Part shown: positions 1 through 11,641 of the stretch, piece after piece
Layout: every line of letters starts with the position of its first letter
Numbering within the stretch: the stretch's first letter is position 1
Assembly (NCBI RefSeq): GCF_009914755.1
Contig: NC_060926.1
Origin: the human T2T-CHM13v2.0 reference genome, Homo sapiens
Length of the DNA: 64,000 nt
Reading direction: 5' to 3' (one strand)
Notes under the pieces: model-generated
Databases searched by the model: none
What the model was told of the DNA's origin: nothing
Seen by the model: the letters and a program-made list of their open reading frames with translations, nothing else
Translations under genes and position numbers: made by a program

Positions 1-280
1 AACACTTTTGTGCTTTCTTTTTTATGTTATTTCTAATTAGCCAGTTTGTATGTGTTATCAAAAATATATCAAATTGTGTCTTTTTATTATTCCTTTGTAC
101 AGCAATAGTGCCACCTCAAAATTAACTGGTTATTTTCTGAAAAATGAGCTTAGAGAAAAAGAAGCTGATTCATCTAAAGGATGGAATACTGGATTTCAAC
201 AGACTTTTGTCTGAAGCTTTGAAACAAAAGCATTTTATTGTTTTGATTTAATATAGGCTATTTTACAACAACCCTTGTTC

Positions 281-458
281 TAGGGTCACCAGATTTAGCA
301 GAAAAAAGCTCAGGATACCCAGTTAATTTTGAATTAGATAAGCAAAGAATAATTTTTTAGTATATATCAAATATTGTATAGAAAGTATGTACGCTAAATA
401 AAATTGTTTATCTGAAATTCAAATTTAACTGGTGTCCTGTATGTTGTCTTGCAACTCT
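281..458. mobile_element. MER53 palindromic DNA transposon (MITE)
   Basis: Begins TAGGGTCACCAGATTTAGCA..CAGGATACCCAGTTAATTTTGAA and ends TTCAAATTTAACTGGTGTCCTGT..GCAACTCT. The long inverted arms match MER53 as I recall it. Confidence 0.8.
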
Positions 459-581
459 GCTAGCACTTCTGTTTTTATATTGCATGGTCTCATTGTTAAG
501 ATAAGCTGTAGAAATCAGCTGAGATTTATCAGTAAATTTAGTCTTTCAACAATGATAAGGACAAATGGTGTCAATGTTTTC

Positions 582-668
582 AGACTCAATTTCCTCAGGT
601 GTGAAATTAGGCTATTGGATTAAAGAATATCTGAGGCCTCTTCTTATCTTAAAACTTTGATTCTCTGA
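582..668 (+). mobile_element. MIR3/MIR-like SINE fragment
   Basis: CTCAATTTCCTCAGGTGTGAAA core followed by a MIR3-type tail; highly diverged. Confidence 0.45.
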
Positions 669-1364
669 GTGTGGAAAACACAGCATTTTTGGGATCATAT
701 AAAAAATTGAATGATGCACTATTTTAAAGCTAAAAGTACTACACAAATATTGGTAATGGTGATGCCAGAACACCACAGCATTATATGTCTGACCACAAAA
801 CTATTCAAAGCCTCTTTATATATTTACCCTTTGTTAAAGAGTCTCCCTTAAAAATATTGCCACAGAGGTCAATGTAAGCAATATTTGTATTTATCCTACT
901 TTTCCAGCCTGTTGCCATTTATAAGGCCTTGAGAACTTTTCCTACTTTAGATTCCCTTCTAGTTCAGTAGAGTAAGCTACATTTATCTGTTACCAACAAA
1001 CCTAGTAATAATCCATAAGTAAAATATGTGTGGGCAAATTTGCCTCTTGTAATATCTTAATGTTCAAAAAATAGCCTCATTTTATCAATATTTTAAGTGT
1101 CAATTTTCCTCCATGTAACAAATTGGTTATATCTCAAAGGTCACTCACTTCTGCCAACCCCTGGCAAAACACTGTAGATGATATTTATTAACTTTATGTA
1201 TAGTAAAACTTGATTAAACAAAATCTGTGGTTAAATATAAGTCAAAGGAAACAGAAAAGCAAACAAATTAGTTGACTTTAATTTATAATATTCATGCTTA
1301 AGAAAACAGATTTAAAGAGAGATAATCATGAGATGAAATTAAGGCATAAGAAAATTCTAAAATA

Positions 1365-2892
1365 TAGTCACAAATCCCTTAATAATTGGGATATGTTCTG
1401 AGAAATGTGTCATTGGTGATTTCATTGTTGTCTGAACATTTTAGGGTGTACTTACACAAACCTAGATGGTATAGCCCACTGCACACCTAGGCAATATCAT
1501 ATAGCCTTTTGTTCATAGGCTACAAATCTGTACAGCTTGTTACTGTACTGAATATGGTAGCACAACGGTAAATATTTGTGTATCTAAATATAGGTAAACA
1601 TAGAAAGAGTACAGTAAAAATATTATATGAAAGGCATAAAAAATGATACAACTGTATAGAGAATTTACCATGAATGGAGCTTGCAGGACTGGAAGTTGCT
1701 CTTGGTGAGTCAATGAATGAGTGGTGCGTGAATGGGAAGGCCTAGTATATTACTTTACATTTCTGTAGCTTCCATAAATACTACACATAGCCTACCCTGA
1801 ATTTACAAAAAAGATCTTTCTTCAATAATAAATTAACCTTAGCTTACCATAATATTTTGACTTTATAAACTCTTTAATTTTTTTTTAAATTTTTGACTGC
1901 TTCATAATAATGCTTAAACCAAACATAACAGAAAATGATGTAGTCAAGAGACCAGGTAAACATTGAAATGAATGAGGTTGTTGATGGGGTAACATAGCAT
2001 ACTATTATACAGTAAATTGTTTTCAATAAGTAGAAAGGGTAGAATCTAAAATAAGAATAAAAGTATAATAAATACATAAACCAGTAACAGAGCAATTTAT
2101 TATAATTGTCAAGTGTTATGTACTGCATATAATTGTGCTATAATTTTATATGACTAGCAGTGCAGGAAGTTTCTTTATACCAGCGTCACCACAATCATGT
2201 GAGTAATACATTGCACATTATGATGTTTACAGGGTACTAGGTAATAGTGTTACAGGACCACAGGTTTGCATGCCCACTGCACAGTAACATCCCAATACAT
2301 TGAGTCAGCAGGATTTGCAGCAGAGAAAGTTTAATAGTCACAGGGCAGCTGAGCAAGGAGATGGGAGGAACCCACAAACCTGTCTTCTCAAGGAGTTTTG
2401 GGCTGGAGTTTTTAAGGTGGTCATGGAGAGCAAGGGGCTGGAAAATTTAGGGTCATTGATTAACTGAGACAAGGAGGATGAAATCAATAGAACGTGGAAA
2501 TTGCATTCTTTAACATCAGTTTTGCCCGTAGGCAGGACCTGAAAGAAAATCTTGAATGGAAAACTTAATGCTTCACAATGCTTAAGTTGTTATCTATAGA
2601 GCAGTTAAGGGGGACAATAATCTTGAGACGGGGTCCACGTAACTCTGGGGCAATAGGAAGCAAACAACTATGAGGAAGTGGGTCAGAGAGCAGTCTGACC
2701 TGATGGTTAATGCTGAATGTGCTGCAGCTTGGTTTATTTTCATTTCTACCCTTCCTTTCTTCCCTGATTAATTTCATAAAATGAATAGGGATGATTTCAA
2801 CAGGAATTTTTCACTCCATTATAATCTTATGGGACCACTGTTGCATATGCAGTCCATTGTTGACTGAAATGTCATTATGTAGCACAAGAAGG
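1365..2892 (+). mobile_element. Tigger3b (MER7/Golem) DNA transposon, interrupted by an LTR at 2248-2799
   Basis: GTTCTGAGAAATGTGTC..GTGTACTTACACAAACCTAGATGGTATAGCC at the start; CCATTATAATCTTATGGGACCAC..GACTGAAATGTCATTATG at the end; TA dinucleotides at both ends. Confidence 0.85.
2248..2799 (-). mobile_element. ERV1 solo LTR, LTR26-like
   Basis: TG..CA termini. The minus strand begins TGAAATCATCCCTAT..AATTAATCAGGGAAGAA..AATAAACCAAGCTGCAGCACATTCAGC. Near-TSD ATAG/ACAG of 4 bp. Confidence 0.75.
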
Positions 2893-2992
2893 TACATTTA
2901 TTTTGCTTGAAATATATGAACTTGCTGTTTTTGAAGGTCAATTGTCAAGTATCAGTAATTTCATACAGTTCAACCTAATAGATGGACTGTCA

Positions 2993-3410
<418 letters not shown>

Positions 3411-3689
3411 TTATGCAGCAAGATATAATTTAAAAATTAGAAGCAATTAGAAGCAATTGCTTGTCCCCATGGACAAGTAATTAGGAAAAGTATAGTTCAT
3501 ATTTACTAAGGACAAAAGGAAAAAAGCAAAACTACATGCATAATATAATCTCAACCACTATACAAATGCACAGAAAATTTCTCAGGAAATATATCTAAGT
3601 ATCATCAGTGGATTATTTGTGTGATTTTTTTTCTGGTATGTGCCCAATTTTCTAATTATCATATGATTGGATTTTCTGGAAACCTTTTG

Positions 3690-4415
3690 ATTCTATTTTT
3701 GTCCAATGGAACATGGAGAGAAGTGACCATGTGTCAGATCCACATAGAAGATTTGCGAGTTTCTTCTATCATGCTTGCACTCACCCTTCATCAGAAGGAC
3801 AGCATGTCCAAGTTAGCAGCTGTCCCTTCAGCCTATGTTAGGGTGTTCTTGCATTGCTATAAATAAATACCTGAGACTGGGTGGGTAATTTATAAAGAAA
3901 AGAGGTTAAATTGCCTCACAGTTCTGCAGGCTGTACAGGAATCATAGCACCAATATTGCTTGGCTTCTGGGGGCCTCAGGGAGCTTTTACTCATGGTGGA
4001 AGGTGAAGCAAGAGTTCGTATCACATGGTAAAAGTAGGAGCAAGAGATAGAAAATTGGTGGGGGCAGGGGGATCTCGGGGGAGAGGTGCCACACACTTTT
4101 AAATGACCAGATCTTGTGAGAACTCACTACCATGAAGACAGCATCAAGGCACGAGGGATCCACACCCATGATCCAAACACCTCCCACCAGGCTCCACCTC
4201 CAACATTGAGGATTACATTTCAACATGAGATTTGGGCAGGGTTAAATATCCAAACTATGTCACTAGTCTTTGCATGGAGAAAACATGCCAAGTAAACCTG
4301 AACGTGACTAACAGCCTAGAACAGTCCCACCACAGTTGACCTGAAGATCCTTGAGTGAGAAATAAGTATTTATTGTTGTAAGTCACCAGTATTTGGGGGT
4401 TAATGCTTACAGTGA
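3690..4415 (+). mobile_element. Old MLT1 (I/J-like) MaLR LTR split by MSTB
   Basis: CCAATGGAACATGGAGAGAAGTGAC..TGTCCCTTCAGCC on the left; TGAGAAATAAGTATTTATTGTTGTAAGTCAC on the right. Confidence 0.55.
3834..4262 (-). mobile_element. MSTB-like MaLR solo LTR
   Basis: TTGCATTGCTATAAATAAATACCTGAGACTGG..CCCATGATCCAAACACCTCCCACCAGG..CCAAACTATGTCA. Confidence 0.85.
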
Positions 4416-4507
4416 ATCTTAATCGGCCTCATCCCAGATCTCTCTGACCTTTCAAATTTCCCAGCCCTTCCTTGCCTACTGACCTTTTATCTTTGCTTCT
4501 CTGCCAG

Positions 4508-4571
4508 CTGCTATCTCCACGCTACACAAGGGTGGCAGTGGCAGGTGCATGCTTTTCTAGTGCCATATTAG
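4508..4571 (+). other. Candidate non-coding or cryptic exon (64 nt)
   Basis: Branch point TACTGAC at 4477-4483, pyrimidine tract CTTTTATCTTTGCTTCTCTGCCAG, donor TAG|GTGAGA. Confidence 0.3.
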
Positions 4572-5000
4572 GTGAGACTTCGCTTAGAGGCAGTTTCCTT
4601 GGGCTACACCCCAAAAACTGAGGCAGAAGCCCCTTAATCTCAATGGGTGATTCTATCACAACTCCCTGGGATTAAATCCCCTGGGGCTGAACAAGTAGCG
4701 TGCCTTTCATTCCTAAAATTCTTCATTCCATCTGCCGATTGGAATTTTGATTGGGGTAGAAAAAAGGATTTTATAGTATCTAGTGCTTTTTCATAGTCTA
4801 GAGGCCAAGGTATAAATTTTAATTTCTAAGTTGCCAGGTTCTGGATTCTTACAATCAAATAGCATATCAAGCTTGTTTTGGATTCAAAACTATTGTGTGC
4901 TTTAAATTTCAATAACTTATTTTGTAATTTAAATTACATAATTTGGCATTCTCTTTCTTTCTCCTCCCACCCCGTCTCTGAGTTGCATCTTCTTTGTGAG

Positions 5001-5459
5001 TGTTATGGTTACCTACAGAGGCAGACATACCCCCACCCAAAATGTGGTTCCAACATCAAGACTGATGATACCACATACACCAAGAGAGTACGAAAAGTTG
5101 TATTACTTACATGTTTGAGGTCTCTGGGGGAGATTAGGGCAAATCTCTTAAACATGTCCAAAATGACTTGAGAGGGAGAGGAATGAGAATAAACTGTGTT
5201 TTTTGTTTTGTTTTGTTTTGTTTTGTTTTGTTTTGTGGCTAGTGGGTGGGGCTCGGGTGAGAGTTCCTGTGGGTGAGCAGAGGTTTACAAGGTTTGGCTC
5301 TCTCACAGATGCCAAAGGAGGAAGCACCAGGCTTTTTTATCAGCTCACCTAGATGTGGAAAAGGGAAGAGGGAAAAGTGGCAAAGGGAAGAGTGAAAAGT
5401 GAAAATTAAAAGCTGACAGCAGTGAACATCAAAAATGAGGCATCAGACTCCTCATTCCA
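5001..5459 (-). mobile_element. ERVL solo LTR, LTR47-like, containing (TTTTG)7 at 5201-5235
   Basis: Minus strand reads GAGTCTGATGCCTCATTTTTGATGTTCACTGCTGTCAGCTTTT..CACATCTAGGTGAGCTGATAAAAAAGCCTGGTGCTTCCTCCTTTGGC. Confidence 0.65.
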
Positions 5460-5590
5460 CTGGGTTTTGCATGTAGCAAGTTCTGGAAATCTGATGGGAA
5501 AAGAGTCAGTGAAGACAGACAGCCTTCTTTTAATATTACCTTAGTATATTAAAGTGTTATTTAACCTGGTCAGTATTAACATTAGTTAAA

Positions 5591-5609
5591 CTAAGATTAG
5601 GCCTCCCCT

Positions 5610-5646
<37 letters not shown>

Positions 5647-5700
5647 CAGCTAAGATTAGCAACACCACCCCTCCTCTTTTTTTTTTTTGCCTTCAAGCTA
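5591..5700. repeat. Degenerate two-copy tandem repeat with T33 and T12 homopolymers
   Basis: CTAAGATTAG..CCCCTCC-(T)n-GCC occurs at 5591-5649 and again at 5650-5700. Confidence 0.75.
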
Positions 5701-5940
5701 ATCAATGTACCATTTTTGGGAAAAATGGGAAAAAATAAAGAATGGGAAGAAAGAAAATAACATTTTCTGAGCTTGTAATATATTCCAATTGCTATGATAT
5801 ATATATATTGGGAAGTTTATGGAGATGTTTGTGTTTTGTTCTAAATTTTTCTGTTCTTCTTTCTCCACTAAGTAATAGCCAAGGCTTTGTCAAGGGAGGG
5901 ATTTGTAAAGAAAGTTTCAAAGCAGAGTTGTCCGGAAATT

Positions 5941-6255
5941 TCTGTATCCATGAGGGATTGGTTCTGGACCTCTTGCAGATACCAAAATCCAAGGATGCTC
6001 AAGTCCTTGATACAAAATGGCATATTTGCATATAACCTATGCACATCCTTATACTTAAAAGCATCTTTAAATTACTTATAGTTCCTATGACAATGTAAAT
6101 ACTATGTAAATAGCTGTACTATACTGTTTAGGGAATAATGACAAGAAAAAAATCTATAGATGTCCAGTACAGATATAATTATTTTTCCAAATATTTTTGA
6201 TCTTCAATTGGTTGAATCCATGGATACTGAACCCAAAGATATGGAAAGCCAACTG
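5941..6255 (+). mobile_element. MER2 (TcMar-Tigger) DNA transposon
   Basis: GGATTGGTTC..GATACCAAAATCCAAGGATGCTCAAGTCC..GGTTGAATCCATGGATACTGAACCC..CAACTG. Confidence 0.85.
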
Positions 6256-7117
6256 CATTCTTTTTCTGGATTTTGCTTTTCAAGGTCTACATTATGGGGA
6301 TCCCACTAAATCATATCCAAAGGAGTAGGGAAAGAGTTGGGTACCCTGAGGATATCCTTGAGGTCAGGAGAAAAGAGGAGAGTCCTCTTGGGAGCTGAAA
6401 GGGAATAAAAATTATGACTCTGAACCTCATACCCTTTGGATACCCTAAGAGAGTATCAGGGCTTACAGCAAGTTACAAGGCTGGTCTGTGCTCCCAGGAC
6501 TCATCAAAGATTCCATTCACTGCATTTGATGTCAAAGCAGAATCATCAACTTGAAGGACCCTGCATGTTCAGATAATGAAAATATTAGTAGTGACTAGTG
6601 CATATGGAAATTGGGAGGCCTTACCTTAGTGTAATGTTCTATTTAAGATCCTGGGAACTGTTCCAGGCCAGAAAGAGGGGGAGAAGCAATAATTCCAATG
6701 ACTAAACTACCTAAACATCTGGTGTGATGGAAGCCCAGAATCGTATTTCATTTGATTTTAGGTAAAAAGAGGTCATACAATATTTTTCTACACCTAAATT
6801 TGAATCAAAGAAAAATTATCTCCTCTAAGACATTTGACTAGGCTAGTTCACAAAGGGCTGATTTATGTTCAAAAAATGGGAAGAATGATGATTGGGACTT
6901 GGCTTAAAGTGTTTCCACTATCAAACCAACAATTGGTGCCAAAAAAAAAAAAAAAATACACAAGATAAAGGGAGTGGATGCTATCCTCAGTGACTCCTCC
7001 TTCTCCTGGAGTATGGTCAAAATTCAGTAGCTGCTGCAACCAGTGCATAGTGAGAAGTTTACCAGCTCAGAGACTTGGCTGCATTGCCTCTTATACCATA
7101 AGCTGGTGGAGAGGCTA

Positions 7118-7488
7118 ACTAAGTCACCTTGGGCTGCTATAACAACATATCGTAGACCAGGTGGCTTAAACAACAGAACTTTGATTTCTCCCAGTGCTGG
7201 AGGCTAAGGAGCTAAAGATTAAGGTATGGTTCAATTCCCCGTGAGGGCCTTCTTCTTGGCTTGCAGATGGCTGCCTTTTCACTTGGTGCTCACGTGATGG
7301 CAAGAGCACTCTGGTGTTTCATCCTTTTCTTATAAGAACACCAGTCCTATCAAATTAGGACCTCACCCTTATGACCTCATTTAGCCTTCATCACCTTCTC
7401 ACAGAGCCTGTCCCTAAACACAGTCACATTGTGGGTTGGGGCTTCAACATATTCATTTTGAGAAGACACAAACATTCAGTTCATAGCA
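7118..7488 (-). mobile_element. MLT1A/B-like MaLR solo LTR
   Basis: GGGCTGCTATAACAA..GGTGGCTTAAACAACAGAA..CCCTTATGACCTCATTTA..ACACAAACATTCAGTTCATAGCA. Confidence 0.8.
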
Positions 7489-7589
7489 GAGGCCATAAAT
7501 GGTCAAGGATCTATATATCTCTATCAAGGAAATGTTGGTGGTATCACAGCTAAATACTTGCATGTTTTTCACCAAGTCATAGCCTGCCA

Positions 7590-7740
7590 TATATTTAGCA
7601 ACCCAATAATAATAACCACCCCAATTTACAGATGAGAAAATTGAGTTTCAGACAGATTGTGAAACTTGCCCAAATAACCTCGATTAGTTATTAACACTTA
7701 AGTCTGTCTGACATCAAAGACTTCGCCTTTTGTCCTAAAC
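7590..7740 (-). mobile_element. MIR SINE
   Basis: CCCAATTTACAGATGAGAAAATTGAG..ACTTGCCCAA core. Confidence 0.7.
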
Positions 7741-9109
7741 TATGTTATTACAAAGTTAAAAAAAAAAAAAATTGGGGGGGTGGGGCTAAAACGGTCGATT
7801 AGAAGCAGCGGCATTTGGAGCCTCCCATGGAAAAAAACCCATAATAAGTGTATGAATCCTTCACCAGCAACCAGGGCAGCCAGGTTCTCTCACCAAAATT
7901 GACTAGAAGGCTGGTGTGGCCCACGGAGAGAAGGAAGAGCAGTGTGGTGCAGCGGCCCAGCTGAGAACCACACAGGGCAGGGGAATACCAAGGGAGGTGG
8001 TGAGTGAGCATGCTACCCAGCTGAGGAAACTGTGCTTTTTCCATGGAACTGTGCAACCCACGGATCGGAAGATCCCAGTCACGAACCCACACCACCAGGG
8101 CCTAGCGTCCCAACGCTCAGCTCCGGAATCTGCTTAAGCCTACCAAACTCCTTAGGGGAGGGGCGACCGTGAGCACCACAGCTGCAGCTGTCTGCTGTCT
8201 AAGCTGTTCGAGCTTCTTGGGGGAGAGGCAGCAGCCAGCAATGGGACTGGCAACTGCCTAACACGCTGAGCTCCCTGAGCGGGGGGAAGGGCGGCACCCA
8301 TTTCTACAGCTCCAGGCTGTGCTTTTCACCTGCTGGAGCCAGGGAGGCTGGACCGCTTGGTCCCAAGACTCGTCTCCACAGCCCAACACACCGGCTGTGG
8401 TAGTTTGCAGCCAGTGTCTCTTCAGGCATGACCCTGACCCATCCTTCCTCATTGCGTGAGGCCGGGGGGTGGGGGGGGAGCGGGGGGGGGGGGCGGGGGT
8501 GCTTCACTGCAGGAAGTCCAAAAACTCCAGCCAGAGGCTCACGGACAGAATTTGGATCTCCCTGGGCCTGAGCCCCTAGCAGGAGGGGTGGCCACAGTCT
8601 CTGAAGATCAGAGACTTAGTCTCTCCTCCTGGTAGTTCTAAGGAATACAGGCAGCCCAGATGAGATGGTTTCCCCCCAGTGAAACACACCCTCTCCACCA
8701 AGGGACAAAGTGCTCCCTTAAATGAGTCCTGCTCCCTGTGCCACCCAACTGGGTGAGACGCTTCAACAGGGGTTGTCAGACACCCTATACAGGAGTGATC
8801 CTACTGGCATCAGGTTCTAGCCCCTTCGAGGTCAGAGATCCCAGAAGAAGGAGCAGGCACCCATCTTTGCTGCTCTCCAGCCTCCTTGAGTGACATCTCC
8901 AGGCATGGGAGCAAATCAGATGAATAGGGCCTGAGTGAACCCCCAGCAAACTGCAGCAGCCCTACAGAAGAGGGACCTGACTAGTGAAAGAAAAACAAGC
9001 AGAAAGCGACAACAACAACATCAACAAAAACAACAACAAAAAGGCCCCCACAAAAACCCCATCCAAGTGTCAGCAGCCTTGAAGACCAAAACTAGAGAAA
9101 CTCATGAAG

Positions 9110-10117
9110 AGGAGAAAGAATCAATGAAAAAATGCCGAAAACCCAAAAGACCAGAGTGCCTCTTCTCCTCCAAATGATCACAACGTCTCTCTATCAAGGG
9201 TGCAGAATTGGATGCAGGATCAGATGGACAATTGACAGAAGCAGGCTTAAGAAGATGGGTAATAAAATACTATGATAAGCAAAAGGAGCATGTTGTAACC
9301 CAATGCAATGCAAAGAAGCTAAGAAACTTGATAAAAGGTTAGAGGAATTGCTAACTAGAATAACCAGTTTAGAGAGGAACATAAACGACCTGATGGAGCT
9401 GAAAAACACAACATGAGAACTTCATGAAACATACACAAGCATCAAAAGCTGAATCGATCAAGCAAAGAAAGGATATCAGAATTTGAAGACCACCTTGCTG
9501 AAATAAGACATGCAGATGAGAATAGAGAAAAAATAATGAAAAGGAATGAACAAAGCCTCCAAGAAATATGGGACTTCATAAAAAGACTGAACCTATGATT
9601 GACTGGAGTACCAGAAGGAGATGGGGAGAATGGAAACAAGGCTGGAAAACACGCTTCAGGATATTATCCCAACCTAGCAAGACAGGCCAACATGCAAATT
9701 CAAGAAATACAGAGAACACCGTTAAGATACTCCACGAGAAGATCAACCCCAAGACACATAATCATCAGTTTCTCCAAGGTCAAAATAAAGGAAAAACTGT
9801 TAAGGGCAGCCAAAGAGAAAGGCCGGGTCACCTACAAAGTGAAGCCCATCAGACTAACAGCAGACCTCTCAGAGAAACTCTACAAGCCAGAAGAAATCGG
9901 GGGTCAATATTTGAGATTCTTAAAGAATTTTCAACCCAGAATTTCATATCCAGCCAAACTGAGCTTCATAAGTGGAGAAATAAAATCCTTTCCAGACAAG
10001 CAAATGCTGAGAGATTTTGTTACCACTAGGCCTGCCCTGCAAGAGATCCTGAAAGAAGCACTAAATATGGAAAGGAAAAACCAGTACCAGCCACTGCAAA
10101 AACATACCAAAATATAA
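9110..10117 (+). pseudogene. L1 ORF1p remnant (start codon apparently mutated; stops and frameshifts)
   Basis: ORF 9599-10117 encodes ARQANMQIQEIQRTP..TPRHIII..KPIRLTADLS..FQPRISYPAKLSF..LRDFVTTRPALQE, typical of the ORF1p RRM/CTD. Confidence 0.9.
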
Positions 10118-10382
10118 AGACCAATGACACTACAAATAAACTGCATCAACTAGTGTGCAAAATAACCAAATAGTATAATGATGACAGGCTCAAATTTACA
10201 CATAACAATACTAACCTTAAATGTAAAAGAGCTAAATGCCCCAATCAGAAGATACAGACTGGCAAATTGGATAAGGAGTCAAGACCCATCAGTGTGCTGT
10301 ATTCAGGGGACCCATCTCACATGCAAAGACACACATAGGCTCAAAATAAAGGGATGGGGGAAAATTTACCAAGCAAATGTAT

Positions 10383-10416
<34 letters not shown>

Positions 10417-11431
10417 CAGGGGTTGCAATCCTAGTCTCTGACAAAACAGATTTTAAACCAACAAAAATCAAAAAAGACAAAGAAAGGCATTACATAATGG
10501 TTAAGGGAAGAATTGAACAAGAAAAGCAAACTATTCTAAATATATATACCTCTAATACAGGAGTAACCAGATTCATAAAACAAGTTCTTACAGACCTACA
10601 AAGAGACTTAGCCTCCCACATAATAATAGTGGGAGACTTACCACTGTCAGTATTAGATCAACAAGGCAGAAAATTAACAAGCACATTCAGGACTTGAACT
10701 CTGCTCTGGATCAAGTGGACCTAGTAGACATCTATAGAACTCTCTACCCCAAATCAACAGAATATACATTCTTCTCAGTGCCACATGGCACTTATTCTAA
10801 AATCAACCACATCATTGAAAGTAAAACACTCCTCAGAGAATGCAAAATTACTGAAATCATAACGAATAGTCTCTCAGACTACAGTGAAATCAAATTAGAA
10901 CTCAAGATTAAGCAGCTCACTCAAAACCATATAATTTCATGGAAATTGAACAACCTGCTCCTGAATGACTCCCAGGTAAATAATGAAATTAAGGCAGAAA
11001 TCAAGAAGTTCTCTGAAACCAATGAGAACAAAGAGACAATGTACCAGAATCTCTGGGACACAGCTAAAGCAGTGTTAAGAGGGAAATTTACAGCACTAAA
11101 TGCCTACATCAGAAAGCTAGAAAGATCTCAAACTGATATCCTAACATCACAACTGAAAGAGCTACAGAGGCAAGAGCAAACCTGTCCAAAGGCTAGCGGA
11201 AGACAAGAAATAACTAAGATCAGAGAAGAATTGAAGGAGATACACAAAAAACCCTCCAAAAAAAAAAAATCAATGAATCCAGGAGATGGTTTTTTGAAAA
11301 AATTAACAAAATAGATAGACCCCTAGCTAGACTAATAAAAAAGAACAGAAGAATCAAATAGACACAATAAAAAATGATAAATGGGGTATCACCACTGTGA
11401 CCTCATGAAAATACAAACTACCATCAGTTAA

Positions 11432-11641
<210 letters not shown>

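Noticed and set aside
4520-4540. Possible CTCF site (ACAAGGGTGGCAG)
   Set aside because: The 5' half of the core motif mismatches.
7780-8500. CpG-island gene promoter
   Set aside because: The GC/CpG enrichment is explained by the L1 5'UTR.
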